From assembly GCA_043228905.1 (NCBI GenBank), contig JBHGNT010000008.1:8804001-8868000 (forward strand): a stretch of 64,000 nt of DNA, in the 5' to 3' direction. A program made the translations under genes and the position numbers. Shown in pieces: positions 47,901-60,400 of this stretch. How positions within the stretch are numbered: position 1 is the stretch's first letter; each line of letters starts with the position of its first letter. This DNA is from Azolla caroliniana (taxonomy: Eukaryota > Plantae > Polypodiophyta). Under the pieces are notes generated by a model. The model did not search any database, had not been told where the DNA came from, and was given only the letters and a program-made list of their open reading frames with translations.

Positions 47901-49102
47901 GCTCTAGTGAGTATCCTACGAGGATACATTTCTCTGACTTCGGGTCGAGCTTTTGTCGCTTCTCATCGTGGATGTGCACGTACGCAATGGAGCTGAATAT
48001 CCGAACATGTGATAGGTCCGGCTTCTTTCCGAAAAACTTCTTGTGTGGAGTAAGTTCGTGCACACCCGATGTCGTACACCGATTCATGAGGTATACTACT
48101 ATGCTAGCTGCTTCCGCACAATACGATTTCTGCATGTGCTTTTCGTTAAGCATAGCCCGTGCCACTTCGAGGATGTGCCGATTCTCACATTAGACTACTC
48201 CGTTCTATTGTGGCATATACACGAAAATTCTCGTCGAATTCCTTCTTTTTGAAGATATGCCGTAAACTCATCCAAGAAATATTCTTTGCCTCCATCCGAT
48301 CGAAGGCACCGTACATGTCGACTCATAGCTTTTTCGACTCCACTCTTGAATTTTTGGAAGTATCTGAACACTTTGCTCTTTTGCCGCATTGGGTAGATAC
48401 AAGTGTGCCTAGAGAAGTCGTCGATAAAGGTCACATAGTATTGGCATCCGCCGAATGTCACTGTTTGAGCCGGTCCCCATACATCAGAATGAATTACGTC
48501 GAGTCCCCATCGAGTACACCTTTGCTTACATTCCTCTCCTGAAATGGATGTCGATGTTGCTTGCCAAATTGGCAAGCCGCACATATACCTTCAATCTCTC
48601 TCTCTTTGAAGGTCGGGAGTCCGATGACGAATCCTTTCGATTGCATCGCCTTGAGCTTTTGAAGGTTGATATGGCCAATCCGCTTGTGCCATAACTCTAT
48701 GTCGGACTCGACTTTCGTGCCTTTTGCGAACTTGGCCGATTTCATCTCGTGTGAGTCGAGAATGAACATTCGGCCCTCTGTTCGTCCGCGCACAATGAGT
48801 TGGCCCTCTTTTTCGATGAAGCAACCGCCTTGACTAAATCAAACTTGCATTCCTTGCTCTACAATTTGGCAGACGGAGACCAAATTCTTCGTGATAGTTG
48901 GTACATGCAAGACATTTTTAATGTAAGTTTGTTTACATGCAAGACATTTTTAATGTAAGTTTGACACATCATATGGTTTGAGGCACCAGAGTCGGCGAAC
49001 CATACGTCTTCCGGATGTGAGGCACTAGTTGAAGTAGAAGCCGACATAGAATTTGCTCTATGTCTCATCACGAACATTCTGCCACGATCGTCATAGTCGG
49101 AG

Positions 49103-52100
49103 TGAAAGGAATACACGCTCCCTAAAACACGACGCTCGGCCACAACCGAGTCTAGGATCAAACATAGAAAACGGGTAAGGTACGCACGACACAATGAAGA
49201 GAAGACTACACAGGATGTTAACGTGGAAAACCCAAACTAGGGAAAAACCACGGCAGCCCACAGAATGCAAACTATCACTATATCACAATGTACAATAGTA
49301 AAGCACCGACGCAACGACTTCAAGCTTGCTATCTTCGCCACAGGCGGCGATTACAACAGAGCCAACGACCTCTTCCTCTCTCTCTTGTTACGCACTCAAA
49401 TCTTGCACCAACAAGAATGACAACTACACACATACTGAGTTTGCCCTAAGTCATATTTATACTAATATGACTTTTCGGCTATTTACAAATATAGCCTTGA
49501 TGGACTCTCAGAAAACATATTTACAAATATGTCCCTTCATCCGGTGAGCACTTCTCACCGGGCCTTCACCATCCGGCTCTTGTCGGGTACTCCACATCCG
49601 GTTCTCACCGGGTCTTCCATTACCGGGTACTCCAATCCCATCCGGAGGGATCTGTTTCCTAACAAACTCCCCCTTCACTCCGGCATGGGATGTCTTACTA
49701 GTCCGATCCACTTCCGACATGCATCCAGCTTGTCAGGTATCAGTACTTTGGTCAGCATATCTGACCCGTTCTCGGCCGTGTGGATCTTCATCAGCGCGAA
49801 CTCTCGATCTTCTACTCCCTCCCGGATCCAGTGATACCTATGTTGGATGTGCTTTGTCCTGGAGTGGTACGTTGCGTTCTTTGCAAGGTGGATGGCACTT
49901 TGACTGCAATAGAGCCGGTATTCATCTTGCTGGATACCGAGCTCTCCGATGAGGTACTTCATCCATAGTATTTCCTTCCCGGCTTCCACAGCCGCCATGT
50001 ACTCCGCTTCCGTGGTTGACAACGCAACCGTCTTCTGTAGCCTCGACAGCCACGAAACAGCTCCCCCTGCATATATCATTACATACCCGGATGTAGACCG
50101 GCTGGTATCCACATCAGCCGACATGTCCGAATTGGCAAAACCGCCAAGTTGAGGTTTACCGGAGCCGAATCGGAGACACGTGTTCGAAGTGCCTTTCAAG
50201 TACCGGAGTATCCATTTGACCATGTACCAATGCTCCTTGCCGGGATTGCTCATGAACCGGCTCACCACTCCGACTGCATATCCTATATCCGGTCAGGTAC
50301 ACACCATTGCGTACATTAAGCTCCCGACGGCAAAGGCATATGGAACCTTCATCATATAAGCCTTCTCTGCCTTCGTCTTCGGGCTTTGCTTACCCGATAA
50401 TCTGCAGTTTGCCGGGAGTGTCGATCCGACAGGTTTCGCTTCTAACATGTTGAACCGCTGAAGCACCTTTGTCACGTATTTCTCCTATGACATCCACAAT
50501 TGCTTCGTTGGCCGGTTCCGGATGATATGCATCCCGAGCATCTGTCTTGCCGAACCCAGGTCTTTCATTGCGAAAGTTCGGTTGAGATCCTTCTTCAGCA
50601 TCCGTATTTTGGCTTGGTCCCGTCCAACAATCAACATGTCCTCCACGTACAGAAGGAGTATCAGGGAGTCGCCTCCTTTGAACTTCTTCACAAACACGGA
50701 GTGATCGGCCTGCGTCTTGTGATACCCTTGATCGGTCATGAAGGAGTCCAACTTCCGGTACCATTGTCAGGGAGCCTGCTTCAGTCCGTACAGGCTCTTC
50801 TTCAACCGGCAAACTAGGTGCTCCTTCCCCTTCTCCACGAATCCTTCTAGTTGCTACATGTAGATCTCCTCTTCGAGGTCACCGTGAAGGAATGTCGTCT
50901 TCACGTCCAGCTGCTCTACCTCGAGGTCCATGCTTGCCGCTATACTCAGCACCGTCCGGATGGAGGTCATCTTTACTACCAGGGCAAATATCTCGTCGAA
51001 GTCCACACCCTTCTTCTATTGGAACCCCTTCACCACGATCTTGTCTTTGTATCTCGAGGGGTTGTCGGCATCTCCCGGTTTAACCTTGTATACCCACTTG
51101 TTTCGGAGTGCCCGCTTTCCTTTCGGCAACTCCACCAATTTGTACGTATGGTTCTCATGCAAGGAATCCATCTCATCCTACATGGCACTAAACCATTTGT
51201 GGCTATGGGTGTCATCCTTCCCTTCGAGTGACAGTACTCCTCGAACTGCCCCCAGTATTCACCTCCGTTATCTGCTCGAACCGCCTTCAGCTTCCGGCCG
51301 GTTTCTCTTTCCACTCACGCGTGGAGCTCTTTGAAGACGGATAGCACCTGATCCTTCGTCTTCAACAGTGTGGCCCACAGCTTCCAGTTGTGGTCATCTA
51401 TGAACGTCACGAAGTACTGTGATCCGGCATGTGACTTCGTGTCCACTTTACATAAATCAGTATGCCCCAACTCCAGTGGTGCATTACTTCTCATCGGTGG
51501 CCTCGATTGGAAGGAGGTCCGGTTTTGTTTACCGGCCAGACAATAAGTGCACTTCTCCAAGTGCACGTTCTTCATTGGCATGAGGTTGTCGTCTGCAAGC
51601 CTCTTCATCCCCTTCTCGCTCATGTGACACAACCTCTTGTGCCACAACTCACCGGTAGTGTCGGATGCCACGTTCACTTACTTCGGGCATAACCGGGCAT
51701 TCATCAGGTACAACGTGTTGACCTTCCGGGCCCGAGCCGCAATCAGGCTCCCTTTGCTGAACTTCATAACACCGTTCCGGATGCTACCCGTGTAGCCTTC
51801 ATCATCTAGCCAACTGGCTGATATCAAGTTCAGACGAACCTCATTCAGCAACAACTTGCATCCGGTTTGTATTGTCAACCACACGTCTCCTATGCCGACT
51901 ATTCGGCATTTACCTTCATTCCCCATCCGGACATAGCCATGATCACCAGCTGAGTAGGATGAGAAGCATTTCTGGTCCGGGGTAAGGTGGAACGACGCTC
52001 CGGAGTCGACCACCCAGGTCATCTCGTCGCCGGCATGGTTTAGCTCACTCTCCTCGGTGATGAACATCAACTCTTCTTCACTTGCCGTGATTGCCGTTGT

Positions 52101-52979
52101 TCCCTTCCGGTCCGTTCCCCTCCGGTCTTTACCGTTCCGGTCCGGTGTCCGCTTCGAATCGGTATCATCGGTTTCCTTGTCTTTTCGGAATTGCCAACAG
52201 TTCTTCTGGAAGTGTCCCGGCTTGCCGTAGTGGAAGTAGGTAGGCTTCCCCCTTGACTTTGACCGTATCCCTGACTTCTCCCGGTTCTGGGGACTACGCT
52301 TCCTTTGTCTTCCATGTTCCGATTCGGTAAGGAGCGCTTTGGAGTCGGAGCTCGTATCCTTATCTTTCTGATGCGCCTCCTCATCTAGCAAGCTCAACTT
52401 CACTCTTGCCAGGGATAATCGTTTCCCTTCCGGCCCGGCGTTGCCCAAAGTGACAACCAACGTCTCCCAGCTATCTGGGAGGGAACCGAGCACGAGTAGT
52501 GCTAGTACCTCATCGGCGAGAGGTACTTCCAATGATGTTGCCTGGTGGATCAGCCCCTGGAAGGCATTCATGTGCTCCGCCATGCTGGAGCCATGTTGGT
52601 ACCTGATTTACAGCATTTTTGTTCTGAAACATAATGTCGATCTTCTCCCAGAGCTCATGAGCCTTGCTCTCTTCATTGAAGTTGTTGTATAGACTCCTGT
52701 CGATGAAGCACCATATGTATGCCATTGTCTTCATGTGCATCACCTCCCATATTGTGGCGTCGATTTAGTCTGGTCTCTTGTCCCCGAACTGAACCGGCAA
52801 CCAAAGATCTTTAACCACGAGCATGTCCCTCATCTTCGACTTCCACACCGAATAGTTGGATCCGGTGAGCTTGAACATGCCTCCCAACGAATCGTCCATT
52901 TTTCTGTGTCATTTGGTTCTCACCAGGTCTTCCGTTGCCGGGTACTCCAATCCCATCCGGAGGGATCTGTTTCCTAACA
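49103..52979 (-). mobile_element. Copia family C element, internally deleted; 5' LTR reduced to about 65 bp and PBS lost
   Basis: TSD CGGAG (49098-49102, 52980-52984); 3' LTR 49103-49664; PPT at 49665-49678; collinear with 17297-21352 except for a ~0.77-kb deletion near 51220. Confidence 0.92.
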
Positions 52980-54515
52980 CGGAGTTGGTGGCGTAATTGG
53001 TGAGTTGTCGGCTTGTGGAAGCTAACTCACACATCTTATTACGACACTCTTCTTCATGGTGACCGATTTTTCCACAATATCCACATTCGATCGTGTTTGG
53101 TCGGCTCGGACCAGAATGGAAGTTCCCCCTTCTTCTGAAGGTTCCTCGATGGCTTCCGTCTTGATGCCGAAATTGCGAGTTGTTTTCGTAAGTCGGGCCT
53201 CATCCGCCTCGTCCTTGGCCGAATCGGCCTCTTGCTCAGTCGTGTCCTCTTCCTCCATTCGAATGCGTGTAGAGCATGTGGCCTTTGAGGCGTTGCTCCT
53301 TGTTTGAGCATGGTTTTCATCGACCAACAACATGGATTGAAGATCGAAGAAGGAGGGCGGATTCTCCCGTGCTAATACGGCGGTCCTCATCGCGCCGAAC
53401 CGTGGTGCAAGGCCGCCGAGGCATATTTGCACCATCTCATCATCATCCACATTGACACTTATCGAGCTAAGCAAGTCGCAAAGCTCCTTGATCTTCAAGG
53501 TGTAACTCGTGATGGACATATCCCTTTGTTGGATGTTGTTCAATTCTTGGCGGAGTTGAAGCTTTCTCTAAGTTGTGTTGGCGGCGAAAATCTTTCGTAG
53601 ATTCTCCCACGCTTCCTTTGGCGTCTGGGCTTCGCAAATTTGAGTATTCATTGTCGATGGAGCTTTATTTCTTCTTTTCCTTCTCTCTCAAACACAAGCT
53701 ATGTAGTCGCACTACGATAACGATGAGCCGGTTGTTTTGAACATCGGCGTAGAACACAACACACGTGGATGGGCTAGATCGAGCTACCAAACCGCTCTAA
53801 TACCATGTAAAGAATCGGGTATGATTCTTGTTGCCGATTAGGAACACGGTCCTCTGTCAGTCCTTCGACCTAGACCTCCAAGTGGGTGTGGAACAACGAA
53901 TAGGCGTCTAAGCGTAATGCGTGGGGGAATGTTCCTCGTAACCTATCAGCGTATAAGGGAGACGGCTACAACCGAATCCTTTGCAAAGGTTACACTTACG
54001 TTCTTACAAGCTTAGGTCTTCAAGACACACACAGTGGATTAGCCGTAGCTATACACAGAGAATTCTATTATGAGACGTTTCTTACATTCCTAAAATTACA
54101 CGCTCCCGCTATCAGAGGTTTTCTGCCCTTTATATACGCAGGGTCTATTTAGCCGTTCACGCTTCCTGTGTGAACCGTTACATGCGTTATGATCTTATAT
54201 TATTTCTTATTCCTACGCTCTTGTCCGTCAGTTACTATTCCGGCGGACAACACCTGGCACGCCTGTGGGACAGTGCCCTGGCATGTCGGACCCATCCCGT
54301 TAATCCTCTTCCAAAATGGCCCAGATGTTTCGCTCTGCTGCGGTGTCCGAGTCCGGAGGTGACGTAGGGCCCATAGGTGCATCGTGGTGTGGCTCCCCTG
54401 TTTGGTCGGGTTGGTTTCTCCCAGAGTCGCAGTCGCCGTGTGTGGGCAATCCGGGTACGGTGGGCTCTTCTTGAGCTAGTGGGTTGGGCTCCGCCGTTGT
54501 CGTGCTTGCAATCGG

Positions 54516-55918
54516 CTACGGCTCTGCCTCCATTGTTACGTCTTCCGTGGTGTCGGCCGTTTTTGTACGTTCCGGGGAGTGGGGCAGAGATTCCGCCTGG
54601 CCCGCACCTTTCTCCGTGTGGTCCGATGATAGTGTGGGCTCGTGCGGATGAACCTCCTCTTGTGCAGTGGTTTCGTTGTCTGGTCCTGTGGGGGACTCCG
54701 CTCGTCGGTCCACGCTGTTCTCCATCGTTGTCATTTCTGGTGATCGGGTCTGAGGTTCCTCTTCTTCGGAGTGTTGGTCCGCTAGCGCACGATAGTCTTG
54801 CGCTAGGTCCTCTCGTACGGCCGCAATGCTCTCCTCATTTAGTTTATAGAAACCTCGGCCGTCTTTTCGCCGGTTCTCCCAGTTCGCACGATACGCATGC
54901 AATTCCGTTGCTTGGGTTGCCCATGCCATCCATCCTTTGTCCAGCGTCGTTTTCAATTGCATTGTGAACCTCTCCCGATTTGTTTGGAGAAGGATACACA
55001 CGTTATCTGTGATGGCCTGGCAACGGTTGTGTGCGTCCTCCATCGACTTCTGGAGGTTTGCGATTTCTTGTTGTTTAACCGTCGTCGCTTCTTCGTACGT
55101 GGTCTTCAGGCCCACCCACAGCTGGGATTCCTTTGCATGCTGCTCTTCTAATTTCCCCATTTCATTGTTTAGGCGGACTTCGAGCTGATGCCTTCTGTCT
55201 TGTTCGACCACCAACTGCTCGTCAAACCATACCTTCTTTTTTTCTAATAAGGCTCGGAGTCCCGCGATTGCCGCCTCCGATTTCTTCGCGTCCTCCCGTA
55301 ATTGGGCATTGTCGTCTTTTGTCTGGATGTGCTGAGCTACCTCCGTAGCGAGTTTCTCTTCAAGGGTTTTTACTGCCTTCCGGCCGTTAGCCTGTATCTC
55401 CTTTTCTCTGTCTGAGGATTGGTGTAGTTCCGCTCGAAGGCGGTCAATTTCTAATTCCACTAGTTGCACGGCCCTTTTCGCTTTTGAGGCGATGGCGGTC
55501 TGAGCCTCAATTTCTTCTTTTAAAGCATCGATGGCGTGGTTTGGTGGCGGAGTTGCGTGTTGCACCGTAGCCGCGTGAGCTTCCAACTCCACGATGCGTT
55601 CGTTGGCTTTTTGTAGTTCGACTTGGGTCACTTTCACCTGTTGGGAACTCGACGTTCCTTATGTCCGACGCTCGGCCACAACCGAGATTCTTTACATACA
55701 CAGAAAAAACAGGTAATGTAACGCGACACAAAAGAGGAGAAATGGTACACAGGAGGTATACGTGGAAAAACCCCAAAATAGGGGAAAAAACCACGGCAGC
55801 CCACAAGCTGCAAACTGTCACTATGTAGAAATATACAACAGTGAGATCACCGAGGCAACGACCTCGTGCTCACAGATCTTCGCCACAGGCGGCGGTTACA
55901 ACAGAGGCAACTGCCTCG

Positions 55919-55950
<32 letters not shown>

Positions 55951-57450
55951 CAGTTACGCGCTCTGATTTCTTCTTGCACCAACAAGAAAGAATAATAACA
56001 AGAATGACAACAACTACAAAATTTGCCCTAAGTCATATTTATACTAATATGACTTTTCGGCTATTTACAAATGTAGCCTCGATGGGCTCCATCCGGCTCT
56101 CCGCAGTCGGGTACTCTTCATCCAGCTCTCCGCAGTCGGGTACTCCTCATCCGGCTCTCCGCAGTCGGGTACTCCTCATCCGGTTCATACCGTTTCGGCC
56201 TCGGCCTGTCGGCCTCGGCCGAGTTTGTTCGTCGACACTGTTCTTCTCCCTTCCCATCCGGAGGGACCTGTCTACCAACATCACCTTCTTCCAGACATTC
56301 TTTTTTTTTATGGCCATCTCCTTGGTGCCCGTGCTGACCTTTGCCAGTTCCCGATGGACTTCGACTAGGGCCATGTTTAATGGGGGTATCTCCATCCCCA
56401 CTCGGTGTACCCCGGCGTTCCTCTGTCTGCCGACCCTAGCTAACCGGTCCTCATTGTTGCTCTCCGTCGTTTGTGTTAGGGCGCGCTCAATCATCTGGCG
56501 TTCCGCATGCTCTTCGGCCATTCGTTGGGCGGCTTTTACCTGTTGTGTTGCCAGGAACTCCATGAGCTCAAAAGAAGTGTCGAACTGTAAGAGGTCGTTG
56601 AACTCATGGGCCGTATCCGGGATATCCGGATATGCCAAAACCTCGCTTTCCGCCGTCAATACGACTTTCCCTCGTTGGGACTGGGTCATAATGATCGGTC
56701 GTGGCTCCCGGATGATTTCGAAGGTGGTATTGGGTTCCGTAGCTACGGAGCCATCGCCTTCGGTTGGTGTTTGTATTGTCGTGGGAACATTTTTGACCAA
56801 CCCCCGCCCATCTTTCCTGTCCAATCTACGTCGTTTCGGTCTGGGGCTATCCTGCTGTGTTTCAGTGTCTGGCTCTAGGGTTGCTTCCATGGAATGTGTC
56901 GGCTGTTCCTCCTGTGTTGTCCGTGTGTCTGGCAGGTCGGTAGGTGGTGTTGTCCTTGGGTCATGTTGGGCGGGTTTAGGCCCTGTGATGACCCCCAATC
57001 GACCGCATGCCCCTCAAAGGTATTGATAATGATGCATGCCTTCTGCTTAGGCATCCCATATGCGTTGACATGTACGCAGCCGACTTCTAGCAGTAACTTG
57101 GCAACTTCACGGAAGAAGGGATCCGGAATCTACTTGGTTCTATAGGCCTTGGCGGAGGCAGAATATGGCCCGAAATATCATTGCAGCACCTCTGCAGGAG
57201 GGATGTCGAAATGCCTTTCGCCTAGCAATGACAGGTCCAACTTCTTCTGGATGGAGGAGTTGGTGACCGTGTCGATATTAAGCTTCCTGGCTATGTCCAT
57301 GGCATCCGGGTGTGGGGGTGCTTCTGTGACCCGGATGTACCCATCCAAGCGTTTCTCCACGAGCCATCGGCGTAAGGCAGTAGAGATGAAGATCATCATC
57401 GTCAGAGGAGGTTCGTGGGAAGGAGACTGGTGGTTGTGGTGGGCTGTAGT
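54516..57450 (-). pseudogene. Accessory coiled-coil ORF downstream of integrase, disrupted by stops and a solo LTR
   Basis: Fragments 57178-57400, 56281-56998 and 54516-55638 align with the 948-aa protein at both the N-terminal domain and the C-terminal motif. Confidence 0.85.
55639..56280 (-). repeat. Solo LTR, copia family-C-like, containing a 3x 29-bp tandem repeat
   Basis: TSD TCACC; shares CGTGGAAAA, TTTGCCCTAAGTCATATTTATACTAATATGAC and CCATCCGGAGGGA with family C LTRs; repeat unit CATCCGGCTCTCCGCAGTCGGGTACTCCT at ~56090-56180. Confidence 0.92.
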
Positions 57451-60400
57451 TGTGTGATAGGATGGAGCAGAAGGTGAGGGGGAGGAGTGATGGAAGCGCT
57501 GATAGCTAGAAGATGAGTTTCTGTTTTGTGCCGAAAATCTTCTGTTTCCTTCTTTTTGTGGCTTAGGGTTCATTGGGTGGTGAGCCATCGTGGTGCCGCG
57601 TGTTCTTGAACTAGGATTTTGTGCATGTCTTTAGTCGTTTTAATAGTCGCTATCTTCTCCTCTCTTTTTTCTTTTTTTTTCATAACGGTTATCTACAACC
57701 TATTTTTACATTATGGTACAAGTGGGCCGCTCATTTACGGTGCGAGTTCTCCGGCTCTGTCCTGTTCGGCGGTGAATGGGTTAGGTGGCGTAGGGCCCAG
57801 GTAAGGTTTGAGCCGAAACCCATTCACCTTTTGCCGGACTACTTCCCCGGCCAGCATACCTAGTTGGAACATGCCTTGTTCCGCTCCAATTATCTAGTAT
57901 GGGCCGGTCCAACGGAATCATAACTTCCCCGGCATATGGCCCATGCGAGTTTGGAAAACCAGTACTGCTCGACCCACGGCGAACTCCTTTTCCCTTGCGT
58001 TCCGATGTTGATCCACAAACGCTTTACGCCGTCGCTATTCCTGTTCCAACACAGCCATGTTGTGGACGCGTTTTTCCCCTAGTTCGAGGAGTTGGTGGAG
58101 CCGTACCTCCTCCGACTTGGCTTTTGATAGTCGGTGTCGTACCTGAATTCGCAAACTAGGTACCTGAAATTCGACCGGCATCACAACCTCTAGCCCAAAC
58201 GCTAGTCGAAACGGTGTTGATTGTATGCTTGTTTTGTAGCTGGTTCTGTATGCCCATAACGCACTCTGTAGTTTGGTATCCCAGTCCGTTCTATTTTCAT
58301 TGACGATTTTCTTCAAAATGGTCTGCAACGTCTTGTTGGTGGATTCTGCTAATCCATTCACTTGTGGATAATATGGCGTACTCTTCTTATGGACTACGGC
58401 GTAATGATGTGTTAACTCTCGAACAACCGTATTGAGAAAGTGGCTCCCCTGGTCATTGATAAGCTCAATCGGACCGTCGAACCGGCACCAGATGTGATCA
58501 TAAAGGAATATGGCTGTGACGGCCGCCGTATTTTCACGTAATGCCTTTGCTTCTACCCATTTTGTGCAATAATCTGTGGCTACCAATATGTATTTATTGC
58601 CCGTATGGGCTGCCGCCAGTGTGAAGGGCCCCATAAAATCCAATCCCCACTTTTGGAAGGGGTCTAGCGGTAATACGGGCTGGTGTGGCATCCTCGCGCC
58701 CTCCGCGAGTTGTCCCATCCATTGACACAAATCACACTTTCTACAATACGCGGATGCGTCCTTCTGCGTTGTTGGCCACCATAGGCCCGCCTGCCATACT
58801 TTCCGGGCTATAACGTCGCCCGCGTAATGGCCGCCAGCCGTGCCGCAATGTGCCTCCCGTAAAACTGCTTCCTTCTCATCCTACCGTACCCCACGTCGCC
58901 AAATGTCGTCACTGCCTTTGTGATATAAAACGCCTTCGACGAGGCAGAATTGACGGCTTCATACGGCTAGTCGTTTCTTCTCGTCCGTGCGTAATTGTGG
59001 TGGAGGCAGTCCCGTAGTCAAAAAGTACGTCATTTCCATAAGCCACCAGTCCGGAAAGGTCGATTTTGTTCTTTCTGCTAGTGTCGCTACCCGCAGGATA
59101 TCGGCGTCTAGAAAATCGTCATCATCTTTCTGTACTGTTTCTCCATTCTCGAGTCTGCTCAAAAAATCTGCCACTGCGTGTTGCGTCCCTAGTCGATGTT
59201 GGATTACGAAATCGAATTCCTGGAGCAGCAGCATCCACCGCGCCAATTTCCATGTTCGGGCTTGTTTCTCCACCAAATACAGTAGCGTCGAATGATCCAC
59301 GTGGAACGTGAATTTCCTTCCTAATAAATAGTGTCGGAATTTATTGATGTTATAGATCATCCCTAGCGCCTCCTGCTCCATTGTGGAGTAGTTACGCTCT
59401 GTTGTTGATAATTTGCGAGTAACGTAGTATACTGGCCGGTACCAGCTTGGTTCGGTGAGTTGCATTAGTGCACTTCCTATTGCTATGTCTGAGGCGTCGA
59501 CGAACACGTGGAATGGCTTCGCCCAAACTGGTGGTTGTACGACGGGAGCCTGTGTGAGCATTATCTTAAGTGCCTCGTAGGCCTTATCCACTGTTGCAGT
59601 CCATTGGAAAGGAGTCCGATGTACGGCTGCGTGTAACGGCGTGGCGAAGTCCGCTAAATATCGTATCATCCGACTATGCCACCGTATTTGTCCCAAAAAC
59701 CGGTTGAGTGATTTGGCATTTGTCGGAGTGTTGGCTTGCATAATCGCGGAGATTTTGTTCGGGTCAACCGCTATTCCCTCCTTGCTGACTATATGGCCCA
59801 GGAGAGTCCCATTGGTCACGCCGAAAGCACATTTCGCGGGATTCAGGCTTAAGTGTGCGGTGCAGCAACGTTCTAGGCACAGTTGTAAGTGCGAAAAATG
59901 GTCTATTGTTCTCCCATATACCGCAAAGTCGTCTAAAAACACTTGCATGAATGCCGGAATGTATTCCCCAAAGATCTTCGTAATTGTCCGTTGAAATGTT
60001 GTCGGTGCCGTCTTTAGCCCGAACATCATGACGACTGCCACATATACTCCCCAGTCCGTGACAAATGTCGTCTTTTCTTGGTCCTCGGGATGCATGCATA
60101 CCTGGTTATAGCCACTGAAGCCATCTAAAAATTTGTACATCTCATGGCCTGTTACGGCGTCCAGTACCGCTATCGGTGAAGGGTAAGGGAAATGCGTCTG
60201 TAATGGTGACGGTGTTTAATTTTCGGTAATCTACGCATACCCGTATTTTGCTGTTTTTCTTTGGAACGACCACTATCGGGCTTAACCATGTCGCTTGTTT
60301 AACTGGTCGTATGAACCCCGCCTTCAGGAGCTTGTCAATTTCTTCTTTCACGCAGGTCGCGTAGTTCAGGTTCATGCGGTAGCGGCGCTGCTGAACGGGT

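Noticed and set aside
56090-56185. 29-bp direct repeats resembling a CRISPR array
   Set aside because: Head-to-tail with no unique spacers, inside a eukaryotic LTR, and no cas genes.
55866-57026. 386-aa plus-strand ORF
   Set aside because: Chimeric across a solo-LTR junction and antisense to the accessory ORF; includes microsatellite translation.
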